A DNA stretch of 63,907 nucleotides, counting the filler. It is 9 parts of 9 records of this genome, joined end to end, with 100 filler letters (N's around TTAATTAATTAA, not from the genome) between each part and the next. Parts side by side here need not be neighbours in the genome. Positions count along the whole stretch, not along the records: positions 1 to 10,379 come from SRR31147125_70073; 8 more parts are not named here. One strand, given 5' to 3'. This document shows, one piece after another, positions 1 to 10,243 of this stretch. Position 1 is the stretch's first letter, and each line of letters begins with the position of its first letter. Below the pieces are notes generated by a model. That model did not search any database. It worked only from the letters and a program-made list of their open reading frames with translations, and had not been told where the DNA came from. The position numbers were made by a program, and so were the translations under genes.

Positions 1-759
1 GGAAAATGTAAAACCCCCAAAGCCAGAAGTGCACTCAACAAAAAGATACAGAAAAAGCGGAATCGGTATGCAGAGAAGATCGGTCGCAATATCATGTCGC
101 AAGCTCTGGGTCGGCACGGATTTGAAGATGAGCTTTTCAACAGTAGTGCCATGGAGGATTTTCTAACCTATAAAGGATTCGATACACTGGAGGAATTTTT
201 CACCAGTATCGGACAGTTCCGGGTCATGCCGGGGGAGCTGTTGTGGGAACTGGCTGAGATTCATTCGGTGATCCGTAAAAGTAGTCCCATCACCACCAAC
301 GGGTATATTAAGCGATTTACCCTGACCCTATCTGAAATTGAAAGAGATGTTCACAAGTTTTCACAATGCTGCAAACCGCTTCCCGGAATGGGGCCGTGTG
401 TGGGGCTATTGAGTGTCAACGGCGTCTCTTTGCATCGCTTTCATTGTGATAAATACAAAGTGCATCGGGGCTATTCCGATGAAAAGACCGTGGATGTTAC
501 ATGGGATGAGTTTGTTAGGTGGAAATCGCCTCTTATGTTTTATTTGATTATTCGGCGGATCTCCATGGCGCGGACGATTCATGTTTTATCGGAGGTTTCT
601 CCCCCACCCCAAGTACACTCCGTTTCTGCATTAAAAAAGGGCTATGGAAGCATGCTGCATGTGAGTTTTCAAAGTTTCGAACAGGCTCATACGCTGTTTT
701 CCAGCTTCGAAAATGCCGATTTTTCGGTTGAAATCGATGATTATGGAAAAATGTTATAA
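1..759 (+). CDS. RelA/SpoT-family (p)ppGpp synthetase/hydrolase, C-terminal regulatory region (5'-truncated)
   Basis: Frame open from base 1. KTPKARSAL, FSQCCKPLPG and GVSLHRFHC match the RelA/SpoT 'T.kArskI', 'CC.P.PG' and 'G..iHr.dC' zinc-finger region. Divergent ACT-like tail. Confidence 0.75.
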   Translation, partial: GKCKTPKARSALNKKIQKKRNRYAEKIGRNIMSQALGRHGFEDELFNSSAMEDFLTYKGFDTLEEFFTSIGQFRVMPGELLWELAEIHSVIRKSSPITTNGYIKRFTLTLSEIERDVHKFSQCCKPLPGMGPCVGLLSVNGVSLHRFHCDKYKVHRGYSDEKTVDVTWDEFVRWKSPLMFYLIIRRISMARTIHVLSEVSPPPQVHSVSALKKGYGSMLHVSFQSFEQAHTLFSSFENADFSVEIDDYGKML

Positions 760-1186
760 CCCTTATCGGGCATCAAGGCCCGTTCACACCAGTCACCCTC
801 CCTACAACGAATTCTTGTTCTGTGTTCAAAGTACTTCATGGGTGAGAGGCAGGAAATTTTCTTTTTCTCGTTTATACTGGACAATATTTTCTCATAATTA
901 TATGTAATCATATCAATTTTAATAGCTTATACTTTAATTTTTGTCGAAAAAACAAAAATTTGATGAGAGATCCATGGGGTGCGGGTTTCCCGCGTTCGGT
1001 CAATTATCTTTGGGTTTTAGCGGCCTTCCTGATTCAGATTATGCATGCGGAAATGCGTATAGAGGGCTGAACCGTATACATTGATTTCCTCAGAGCAGCC
1101 TTTTGATCATGGGATGACCCAAAGGCTGAAAAAATGGTTGGAGGGAATCCAATAAACAACTGGCTTGCCAGATTAGGAGCGTAGAA

Positions 1187-2235
1187 ATGAAAAAAAGAGC
1201 ATTGTCGATTTTTGGGATCTGGATCTGTGGTTTGGTTGTCGGAAGTGTCTTAACAAGTAGTGCCACAGCCAAAGGTATGAACATGACTTACAGCAATTTC
1301 TTCCCCCCAGCCATATTCAGAGTCAGCTGGCTGAATCGTGGTGCAATGAGGTGGAAAAAAGAACAAACGGTGAAGTGAAAATTTCCTATTTCGGAGGAAA
1401 CACTTTGGTCAAGGCGGCCCAGATCTATGATGGTGTGGTCACCGGTAGAACCGATATCGGTATGTCATGTCTTCTTTACACACCGGGACGCTTTCCTCTC
1501 ATGGATGTGATCAATCTGCCATTTGGAAACCCTACGGGTAAGTTTGCCACAGCCGTGGCCAATGAACTTTATCAGAAATTCCAGCCCCAAGAACTCTCTG
1601 ACACTCAGGTGATGTTTTTCCATGCCCACGGCCCCGGATTTATCCACACCCAGAAAAAAGAGGTGCGTACCCTGGCCGATCTCAAAGGACTCAAAATTCG
1701 CTCCACCGGATCCATTGCCGGTATGATCAAAGCCCTGGGTGCCGTTCCCGTCTCCATGCCCATGCCTGAAGTGTATCAGGCGCTCCAGAAGGGAGTGGTT
1801 CAGGGGGCCATTTTTCCGGAAGAGACCAACAAAGGCTGGAAGATGGGTGAAGTGGTGGATTACTCCATTGCCTGCTACCCGACGGCATACTCCGTCGGTT
1901 TTTTTGTGGTCATGAACAAAGATAAGTGGGCTGCACTGTCCGAGGATGCGAAAAAAGCCATTACCGATATCAACCACGAATGGGCTGTTAAACATGGGCA
2001 AGCATGGGATCATAGCGACTATGAAGGGCTTGCCTTTTCGCTGGCCTTGGGAAATGCCGTTATCGGTATTGATCCGGAAGAAGCTGCCAAGTGGAAAGCG
2101 ACTGTCAAACCGGTATTTGACAGCTACGTGGAAAAGGCGGAAAAGAGAAATGCACCCGGAAAAGAGGCACTTGATTTTCTGAACGATCAATTGGAGACAT
2201 TCTCCAAGGGGAAATTTCAAAGCAGTTACTACTAA
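1187..2235 (+). CDS. dctP: TRAP transporter substrate-binding protein (frameshift in C-run near 1303-1308)
   Basis: Signal peptide MKKRALSIFG... with AGGAG RBS. After the frameshift it continues as HIQSQLAESWCNEVEKRTNGEVKI. Motifs DLKGLKIR and PMPEVYQALQKGVV. Confidence 0.9.
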
Positions 2236-2371
2236 CGAAGAGTCTCTTTTGAACAATTCCACCATGGCCGTCGTCTATGGTCGTCCAACGATCAAAATAA
2301 ACACGACACGGAAATATCGGGGGTGACTTTAACGAACACTTTGATTGCCCTCGACAATGTGATTGAGCCTA

Positions 2372-2399
2372 AATGGGCAGACACTTCGATCTGCCCATT
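2372..2399 (+). terminator. Intergenic hairpin between dctP and dctQ (attenuator or mRNA stabiliser)
   Basis: Perfect 10-bp inverted repeat AATGGGCAGA/TCTGCCCATT, without a strong U-tract. Confidence 0.4.
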
Positions 2400-2437
2400 C
2401 AATTTAGAACCAAAGAAAAACAGGTTAAGGTGAAAAC

Positions 2438-3004
2438 ATGATTAATGCGTTATCCGGCATGATGAAAAAAGTGGCTGGCGTGATGCTGGTTGCAATGATG
2501 CTGGTCACCTGCTGCGATGTCGGAGGCAATCTCTTCGGCCGGCCGGTATTGGGATCCGAAGAGCTGGTCTCCCTTCTTGCCGCCCTGTTGATCGCCTTCT
2601 CTCTTCCTGCCGCCCATCGGGAAAATGCCCATATCGGTGTGGACCTTTTCTACATGAAGTTCAGCCCGAAGTGGAAACGAATGAACGATATCATCCTCAG
2701 TGTCATCCGGGCTTTCTTCTTTGAGCTGATGGCCTGGGAATGCTTTAAATATGCCCAGGATCTGAAGCGAATCGGGCAGGTATCCGCCATTCTGGAGCTG
2801 CCCACCTATGTCATTCTTTTTGCGGTGGCCTTCGGGTGTGCCATGTTGGGCATTGTGATTGCCGTGGAATTGGTAACTCTGATTGGGATCGATCCAAACA
2901 GTTATCACGGCAGACTTGCCACATTGAATGCTGAAAAACCAGTATCTATGGATAGTGAGTCCGGGGATGAAAGTGATGATGCAGATGCAGGGAGGGGAAA
3001 ATGA
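2438..3004 (+). CDS. dctQ: TRAP transporter small permease
   Basis: Four hydrophobic segments, GSEELV and HIGVDL motifs, position between dctP and dctM. Confidence 0.9.
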   Translation: MINALSGMMKKVAGVMLVAMMLVTCCDVGGNLFGRPVLGSEELVSLLAALLIAFSLPAAHRENAHIGVDLFYMKFSPKWKRMNDIILSVIRAFFFELMAWECFKYAQDLKRIGQVSAILELPTYVILFAVAFGCAMLGIVIAVELVTLIGIDPNSYHGRLATLNAEKPVSMDSESGDESDDADAGRGK

Positions 3005-4303
3005 GTGAGTTCACTCTGGTTGGTATTATCGGCATTCTGGTTTTGCTCCTCTTTTTTGTCACCCGCATTGCCGTGGCCTATGCCATGGCCATCGTGGGAT
3101 TTGTGGGGTATTGGTATTTGACCAACATCAACGCGGCACTGGCATTGCTGTCGAGGGATATGTATGATGTGTTCTCATCCTACGGCCTTGCATTGGTGCC
3201 GCTGTTTGTCTTCATGGGATTCATCGCCTTCTACTCCGGTGTCAGTGCCAGCCTTTACGATATGGCCAACAAGTTCATCGGAAAGATCCGGGGAGGGCTT
3301 GCCATGGCAACCATCGGTGCCTGTACGGCATTCGGGGCCATTTGCGGATCCACCACAGCCACGGCCGCCACCATGGGAACCATCGGCTTGCCGGAGATGA
3401 AACGCTACAACTACGGTCACCGTCTGGCAGCCGGAGCTGTTGCCGCAGGGGGGGATCGGTGCGTTGATGCCTCCCAGCGTCATCTTGATCATCTTCGGCA
3501 TCCTGACTCAGGTTTCCATCGGAAAGCTGTTTATTGCCGGGATCCTGCCCGCCTTTCTCATTGCAGGGCTTTTTATGGTTGCCATTTTCATCTACTGCAC
3601 CATCTATCCGGAGCAGGGACAAAAGGCGGAACGCTATTCACTGAAAGAACAAATCAAAGCTTTTTTGGATATCTGGGAGACACTGCTGGTTTTCTTTGTG
3701 GTCATGGGAGGGATGTTCTTCGGGTTTTTCACCCCCACCAAAGCCGGGGCCATTGGTGCATTTTCTTTGCTGTTTCTGGCGGTGATTCAAAGGAAACTAT
3801 CCTGGGAGAATTTTCTGAAAGCCGTATACGAAACCCTGAAAACCTCGTGCATGGTAATCATGCTGGTGGCAGGCGCCACCATATTCGGTCATTTTCTGGC
3901 TTTGACGCGGATTCCCATGGAGGGAGCCAATTGGGTCGCGACATTGGACTGGCCGGCTTGGTCGATCATTGGGGTGATCTGCTTGATCTATTTGGTGGCC
4001 GGCTGCTTTATCGATGCATTGGCGCTGATTACCTTGACGATTCCCATCTTTTATCCCATTGTCTCCAATCTGGGATATGATCTGGTCTGGTTCGGCGTGA
4101 TCATTGTCCTTATCACCCAATTGGGGATCATCACGCCGCCGGTGGGTGTCAATGCGTATATCGTAAAAGGAATCGATCCGGATATTCCTTTGGAGGAGAT
4201 TTTTCTTGGGGTGATTCCCTTTGTATTGGCACTGATTGTCGGGATTGCCGTCATGGTGGCTTTTCCGCAGATTGCCACGATACTGCCGGAGTTAGTTCGG
4301 TAA
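3001..4303 (+). CDS. dctM: TRAP transporter large permease (frameshift in G-run near 3448-3454)
   Basis: VPLFVFMG, GAICGSTTATAATMG, then after the shift GALMPPSVILIIFG and ITPPVGVN. The two ORFs join at a G homopolymer. Confidence 0.9.
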
Positions 4304-4352
4304 GAAAAGGGAAAAGAAGCAATCCGGAATTAAATTAGCAATAGATCAAATG

Positions 4353-4396
4353 AAAAGCGCCTATCAAGTCGTTTATGTTGCTTGATAGGCGCTTTT
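4353..4396. terminator. Bidirectional intrinsic terminator
   Basis: AAAAGCGCCTATCAAG / CTTGATAGGCGCTTTT inverted repeat between convergent operons. Confidence 0.8.
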
Positions 4397-4533
4397 GTTT
4401 CGACATGTAAGATTCCTGAGAGCAAAAGAGCGAAGAGTATCTGGATTAGGCAACCTGCTTGGCATTTGAAAGGTAAACTTCAAGGGCGTCTTCGTAGCCA
4501 GGTAAGTAATTGCTCTTTTCGAGTCATCATGTA

Positions 4534-6291
4534 TTATACATGAGACGCCCACGCCAAATCAAATGCCTGATCATGATCATTGAGGTTGGTCACGATCAGT
4601 GACGGCGTAATCCATGCCTGATCGTCAAATTCGCTCTTATCGGCAATTTTGATGGTGGGGTAGGCGGTCTGACGAGCAATCTTCTTCACCGTTAGAAAAC
4701 GAGTGCCGTTCTCCCCCGATGGAATCTTGGTAAACGCCAGATGGAGTACATTGTTTCTCTGGGCCGCTTTCTGATAATTTTCGAAATCTTCCATGTTGTA
4801 CTGTCTTCCCGGCAGGATTTCCATGCGAGTGACGCCTCTGCTATCCATATCCAGGGAAACATAATAGCGATGCTCGTCAAAATCGATCTCGTATCCGTCG
4901 TACAGGGTGTAGACATTGCCGAGGATGGTGATCAGCTTTTCGAAGTTGTCGATTTTCTTGGCGTATCGCTCGCCCTCATCGTTTTTTCCCACATGGTGAT
5001 AATCGGCCATAAAAAGGCAGTGTTCAGGAAGCAGCAGCAGCGCGTCCTTGTTAAAGGCCTTCAGCATGTATCGAGACATGCTCTCTCTGATTTTCGGTGC
5101 TTTGGTGGGCCGTCCGGACACCAGAAAATAGATACCGTCGAGACTCTTTTCCCTTCGCCACTCATTGAGCAGGGCATATTGCTTGCCGAACAGAAGCTCC
5201 AGAAACTTGCCGAATTCCTTTTCCAGAAATCGATCACTTTCCCACCACTTTTCCTCGTCATCCTCATGGCGAAGCTCTTTGAAGGTGTCGGAGAAGTACT
5301 CCCCGGCCTTTTTTTCGGAAAAGGATTCTTTTCGTTTCAGTGTGGTGGTGATTCCCAGATCATCATCTGCATAGGATTGCATCAAAAGGATACTGGCATC
5401 GGTGGTGAGTCCTCCGATATCCACATGACACACTACAAAGTTGAGAGCCTTTTTACGCTCCCCCTCCCGTCGTTTATGGGAAAAGAGAAACTCCACATCT
5501 TTCAGGGTTGGAATTCTGTCTTTTTCACTGGAAAGATCCCAGAAGGGCATCTGTTTGATGAGATTGAGAAAGTACAGCTCGCAGGATCCGCTCTCATCGG
5601 CGGAGATGTTGATGAAACTTTTTTTCAGACTTCTGAGGTTCGGGGGCAGCATCTGTTTCCATTTTCTGTGAGTCAGAAGTTCCATGCAGACGGAATAGAT
5701 ATTTTCCCGATACCCGGCCCGAAGGTTTTCGATGAAAAGGTCGGGAACCGTCACCCGGATTTCGGTAATCACGGGAATGGCAGAACCGTTCCAGGGGCGA
5801 CCGTCTCTGGGTTCGGTGATGTACTTGAAGCTCTCCTCCAGCACTTTTTTGATATAGAGGCGAAACTGAGGAACCGTTCCTTTGTAGGCGGCAAATTTAC
5901 TGGCAAATACCGATTTGGCGCTCTTTACGATTTGACTGCTGGCCACGGTGACATCTTCGAAATTGTCGATAAAGGCAAAATCCCGGTCATCGCCGGATGG
6001 CGGATTGATAAAGGCCGATGGAAAACCGCCGCCGGCAATGTCGCCGTCTTTATAGTGGACGACGTATTTCCAGGTGTCGGTGATTTTCTCTCGGCCGTAA
6101 CTGCAGGGCCAGCAGAGGACCGATGTTCGGTAAGAGCCGAAATCCACGAAGAGAATGTACTCTTCCCGGTTGTTGGGATCCCTGGGGGTTCTTCCGGCAA
6201 TGGTTTCATAGTAGAGGCGGTTGTCATCCCCCAGCTCCAAATGAAACTCGTTCTCTTCCTTTTTTTTACGTTTGAAAAAATTGAAAAACAT
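4534..6291 (-). CDS. Actin/Hsp70-fold (ASKHA) ATPase, SrfB-like
   Basis: Phosphate-1 VDFGSYRT, connect ADES, phosphate-2 VDIGGLTTD, adenosine motif LVSGRPTKAP (compare SrfB LLTGRPSRLP, recalled). Confidence 0.7.
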   Translation of the reverse strand: MFFNFFKRKKKEENEFHLELGDDNRLYYETIAGRTPRDPNNREEYILFVDFGSYRTSVLCWPCSYGREKITDTWKYVVHYKDGDIAGGGFPSAFINPPSGDDRDFAFIDNFEDVTVASSQIVKSAKSVFASKFAAYKGTVPQFRLYIKKVLEESFKYITEPRDGRPWNGSAIPVITEIRVTVPDLFIENLRAGYRENIYSVCMELLTHRKWKQMLPPNLRSLKKSFINISADESGSCELYFLNLIKQMPFWDLSSEKDRIPTLKDVEFLFSHKRREGERKKALNFVVCHVDIGGLTTDASILLMQSYADDDLGITTTLKRKESFSEKKAGEYFSDTFKELRHEDDEEKWWESDRFLEKEFGKFLELLFGKQYALLNEWRREKSLDGIYFLVSGRPTKAPKIRESMSRYMLKAFNKDALLLLPEHCLFMADYHHVGKNDEGERYAKKIDNFEKLITILGNVYTLYDGYEIDFDEHRYYVSLDMDSRGVTRMEILPGRQYNMEDFENYQKAAQRNNVLHLAFTKIPSGENGTRFLTVKKIARQTAYPTIKIADKSEFDDQAWITPSLIVTNLNDHDQAFDLAWASHV

Positions 6292-6327
6292 CTGTGGATC
6301 TCCTAATACTTCTCAATCCGGATGTCC

Positions 6328-7842
6328 TTACACCCGGACATGCTCTTCCGATTCCCGGGAGGGTTGGATGTTAAACAGATCCAAATCCCCCCGGATCAGT
6401 GCGTTGGGCACGTAAAGTGCCGCAATGTTCATGATAATGTAGGGCAGGTCTTCTTCCCGGGTGCTGATGAAGTTTTTTCCCTCTTCGTCCAGTCGTTTGA
6501 GAAGATTCTGCCACAGTTTTTCAGCCATGGCGGTGCATCGATCGTTCTCTTCGAAAAATTGCGCCAGGTACTGATAGAAAATGCCGTTCCAGAACCGCTG
6601 ATGATTTTCCACAATCCCATCGGGCTGGATGGCGATCTCGTTTTTGAAAAAAACGCGGATATCCCGGTATCGATCATTGACGATCGCCTGCCGCATGCGC
6701 TCTTTCACTTCGTTGACTTCATCGAAACTCTCGATTTCATTGAGACACTCCACGGCCGCCGTCAAGGCGGATTCCGCCTCCACCATCCACGGTTTGATGA
6801 AGATGTTGTCCAGCGCTTCCTGGATGTGGGAGTTGAAGCAGATATCCGAAAGAAGCTTTCTGGACCAGGTGATGCCGCCGTCCAGATCGATATTGTAGCG
6901 AATTTCATGCACATCCTTGTATCGACTCAATCGCTGAATCCATGAGGCAACATGGGGACCCGGATCGCTGAAAGTCACCGGATAGGTGCGATTGTAAGGG
7001 TTGATCAGCTGAATGGTGGTGTCAAAGGCTTTGTAGCTTTTGAAATCTGCAGCAATGTCTTTTTCCACATTGGTGTTGCCGCAATATCCGGTGATGGCGC
7101 TGCCGCCCTGGAGAGAGAGCACCAAGGGAAGCTTATGGCTGGAGTAACTGGTTTTCAGAATCTCGCCGTATTTTTTCAAGATGAGATCCATGGGATGTCC
7201 CGGGGGGATGGCCACTTTATGCTGAAAGCAGGCCACCAGGATGCCGGGAAATCTCGAAAGATTCTGGATCATGTTGCGCTGGAAGGTCTGATGGAGCGAT
7301 GTTTGAAGCGCATCGGCATCCGCCCCTTCTTTGATTCCGGGATACTCGATGACCGGCAGATTCATGGGCGTCTCGTCCGAGGGCAACAGCACCTGAATGA
7401 GGTAGTCGTCGGGTACGGCGCCCATGGAAAGATCATAAAGCCGGACAAATCGATCGGGTGAGATATCGTTTTCCAGGATGTCACCGGAACTGATGGCAAT
7501 CTTGTGGATGGTCAGTCGCGTTATATCGTTTGAAGGCTCTACAAGGCACGGCACCGCTGTATTTTCAGAGGTGTTGTGCACCTTCACGTCAAATAACCGT
7601 CTGAGATCGTTATGGTCGAACAGATCCAGAAGATAGCTGGTTTTGAAGGATTTATCCGTTCCCGTAATGTGAATGTAGACTGGAGAGTCAACTGCCGGGA
7701 CAGATGTCAGCGATTGTCTGCACAATCCGATGGCGTGCTCGGCGGTTCCATTTTTCCGATCTGCCGGTATGGCGAGCAGCTTCTCCATCATCTGCTCAAT
7801 GTTGTCTTTTAACCGAAGGATGCGGTCTTCTTTAAGATTCAT
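6328..7842 (-). CDS. Dynamin-like/SrfC-like P-loop protein with degenerate GTPase motifs (504 aa)
   Basis: Likely start ATG at 7842 after GGAG. G1-like ITGTDKSFKT, G2-like ENTAVP, G3-like IEYPG, and a helical C-terminus. Confidence 0.55.
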   Translation of the reverse strand: MNLKEDRILRLKDNIEQMMEKLLAIPADRKNGTAEHAIGLCRQSLTSVPAVDSPVYIHITGTDKSFKTSYLLDLFDHNDLRRLFDVKVHNTSENTAVPCLVEPSNDITRLTIHKIAISSGDILENDISPDRFVRLYDLSMGAVPDDYLIQVLLPSDETPMNLPVIEYPGIKEGADADALQTSLHQTFQRNMIQNLSRFPGILVACFQHKVAIPPGHPMDLILKKYGEILKTSYSSHKLPLVLSLQGGSAITGYCGNTNVEKDIAADFKSYKAFDTTIQLINPYNRTYPVTFSDPGPHVASWIQRLSRYKDVHEIRYNIDLDGGITWSRKLLSDICFNSHIQEALDNIFIKPWMVEAESALTAAVECLNEIESFDEVNEVKERMRQAIVNDRYRDIRVFFKNEIAIQPDGIVENHQRFWNGIFYQYLAQFFEENDRCTAMAEKLWQNLLKRLDEEGKNFISTREEDLPYIIMNIAALYVPNALIRGDLDLFNIQPSRESEEHVRV

Positions 7843-8050
7843 TTTCCGGTGGTACTCCCGTGTCACTCCCGGCAGGACGCTGCAGCCGTCTGCCGTATTA
7901 TTCCCGGTCAATTTACCGGGGATTTGTTTGAATGGCCTCAACCAACTCTGTAAAGAGCATCGGCCACGCATGGGCGCTTATGAAGAGAACTCATGGCCAA
8001 AGCGCCATGGGGTCTCATGTAATGTTTTGTTAAGTGGTCCGGCATGACGG

Positions 8051-10057
8051 TTATTTCATTTCAATAATTTGATAGCCGCCATCTGCGGACTTAACAATTT
8101 TAAGCATGGATTTTTGAATTGCAAACTCCATCCCGTTGATCTCATGACGATAGCTGAAAGTAATGCTGTCGCTGTAGACCATGAAAGAGAAGGGATTGAA
8201 GAGATTGCTCTCGGCTTTCTCAAAGGTGACGCTCTCTCCTGTGGCCAGTTTTCCGCGGAATCGTTCCACATCCTGGAAAAGATTGACAATGCCTGTTTTT
8301 CCGGGGCTGATGTTGATGGCCTGGGTCGACTTGCTGTCGTCCCTGGAGAGCTGAACCAGTGAGGTGTTGATCTGGATGGGATCCCGTTTCAGGCTGATGT
8401 TGCTGCTCTTTTCGAATGAAGATTTATCAATGACATTGGAGAGAACCAGCGACGTGAGCGGATCGTAGCACTGGAGGCCGTATTTCCCTTTGGCGTCCTC
8501 CATGAGCAGCTCTCTGTGGATGGAAATGGGAAAGTGGCCGGTAATCGTTTGGAGTTCCAGTGCTTTAATCTTTTTCGCGATCACCTCCAATTTGAAGGAT
8601 TGTCCGATTTTTTCCGTAAAATAGCCGATGGCGCTCTTTCTTAAATGGAGGGCTTTTTTCTGGTCATCATCGATGGCGTACCAGGTGAACCCCCCATGTG
8701 CCGACAGATTGGACACCACCGGTGCTGCGGATGCGGAATCCTCCGATTCCGACAAAGCCGCATTGGATGATGCGGCATCCGATGATGCTGTCGCACTTGA
8801 CGGCGTTTTATGGGATAGGGCCACGCCAGGGGCTTGGGAGATGCGTATCAGTCGGCTACTGATTTCCCGTGGGATCAGGGTGGATTCATTGCGTTTGAAA
8901 AAGGCGGCAAAATCGATCTTTCCGGCACTGTTTCGTCTCACCAGCAGATACCAGTCGATATCTTCCAGCGGCGATTCTACTTTGAGTGGGCTGAACGTGT
9001 AGACATCGGAAAGAAAATTTTTGAGCTGATAATTGATGCTGTCGTTTTTCAGCATCCGGGAAAACCCGGTCGTATCCCGGAGGCGTTTATAGTCGGTGTA
9101 CGAGATCATGTTGTCGGTCAGAAATTGATTGATCCGGGGCCGCTGGATGTCGAGATCTCCCACCTTGAAGTAAAAGACATTGCTGGCATATCCGGATTCG
9201 TCGCAGGCATAGATGCCGGCAAGACGGCCGAACTCGGTCCCTTGCAGTTTATACCGATACTCTTTTAACACCGCCTTCACTTCGGTATTGTAGTTGAAGT
9301 AGACATAGAGAATCAGACGGTTGCCCCTGAAATTCTCATCATTATCTTCATTTTTATAGAAGTCTTTGGCCATGCCGTTCATCAGATCGGAGATGTATTC
9401 GGGCTTGAGAAGCGCTTGGGCAATTTCTTTTTGATCCGGCAGGTCGGCGTCGAGCCAGCCATAGAGATCCGGGAACATGGTGCGATAAAACTTCATCTCC
9501 GGTGAAGCCGGGCCGGGAAGAAAACTGTCCATGTTGAACGATTTTTCCCTGAGAAACTTCGTATATCCGAAATATCCCGCTCCGCCCAACAGGGTCACCA
9601 TAAGTGCCACGGCCAGCGCTTTCAACAGCTGAGTCACCTTTGGACCGCTTTTTTGAAGCTCGGACAAAAGGTGGATGGCACGGGCCTGACCCGTGGCTGC
9701 ATTTCGAAAGACCACGTTGGCTCCGAACGCCACCAACGGCTTCTTTTTATCTTCCGGTCGGAAAAATACCCAGGAAGAACCGATGTTGTCCCCCCGGGTG
9801 ATTCTCAGCTTCAGGTACTCGATGAACTCTTTTTTTTCACTGCCGGAGAGCTTGGACATGGGGAGGGGGATCATACCCGGATCCAGTTGCATTCTTCCGT
9901 CCACATTGATAATTCGGACATCCAGATGGGCAGTGACACTCTGATATCTTCGGACATCCTGAAACAGGCTGCACTCATCCGGGGTGATTGCTTCGTAAAC
10001 CAGGGGATACTCCTGGATTTTATTTACCGGCAGCTCAAAGTTTTCAAAACGACTCAT
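8051..10057 (-). CDS. Single-pass membrane protein, SrfA-like position and architecture
   Basis: N-terminal soluble domain ending KKPLVAFG, TM helix ALAVALMVTLLGGAGYFGY, large C-terminal region split by a Ser/Ala-rich linker. GGAG upstream. Confidence 0.5.
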   Translation of the reverse strand: MSRFENFELPVNKIQEYPLVYEAITPDECSLFQDVRRYQSVTAHLDVRIINVDGRMQLDPGMIPLPMSKLSGSEKKEFIEYLKLRITRGDNIGSSWVFFRPEDKKKPLVAFGANVVFRNAATGQARAIHLLSELQKSGPKVTQLLKALAVALMVTLLGGAGYFGYTKFLREKSFNMDSFLPGPASPEMKFYRTMFPDLYGWLDADLPDQKEIAQALLKPEYISDLMNGMAKDFYKNEDNDENFRGNRLILYVYFNYNTEVKAVLKEYRYKLQGTEFGRLAGIYACDESGYASNVFYFKVGDLDIQRPRINQFLTDNMISYTDYKRLRDTTGFSRMLKNDSINYQLKNFLSDVYTFSPLKVESPLEDIDWYLLVRRNSAGKIDFAAFFKRNESTLIPREISSRLIRISQAPGVALSHKTPSSATASSDAASSNAALSESEDSASAAPVVSNLSAHGGFTWYAIDDDQKKALHLRKSAIGYFTEKIGQSFKLEVIAKKIKALELQTITGHFPISIHRELLMEDAKGKYGLQCYDPLTSLVLSNVIDKSSFEKSSNISLKRDPIQINTSLVQLSRDDSKSTQAINISPGKTGIVNLFQDVERFRGKLATGESVTFEKAESNLFNPFSFMVYSDSITFSYRHEINGMEFAIQKSMLKIVKSADGGYQIIEMK

Positions 10058-10243
10058 ATATGGGGGGCTCCAAAAGTAATTCTATATTGATGTAATATTT
10101 CACAATGAAATCGGTTTTCAGACAGCTATAATGAGCAGGCTCCAACACAATATTAAAAAATTGATTATACTAACTTTTATCTTTAAATTTTGCAATGATA
10201 AATGGTGCTTTCAAGCGTATCCATGTGAATCGGCGGCATCAAT

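Noticed and set aside
760-1186. Riboswitch upstream of dctP (hairpin CAGCCTTT...AAAGGCTG near 1096-1128)
   Set aside because: Only a short stem, with no recognisable aptamer consensus.
1300-3460. Programmed frameshifting or phase variation in dctP and dctM
   Set aside because: The same homopolymer indel pattern occurs in unrelated contigs, including the eukaryotic one, which points to sequencing error.
4741-6306. 521-aa + strand ORF, plus other long antisense ORFs (1465-2265, 6322-6945, 31042-31968, 33076-33996)
   Set aside because: They shadow motif-bearing genes on the opposite strand and have no recognisable motifs of their own.
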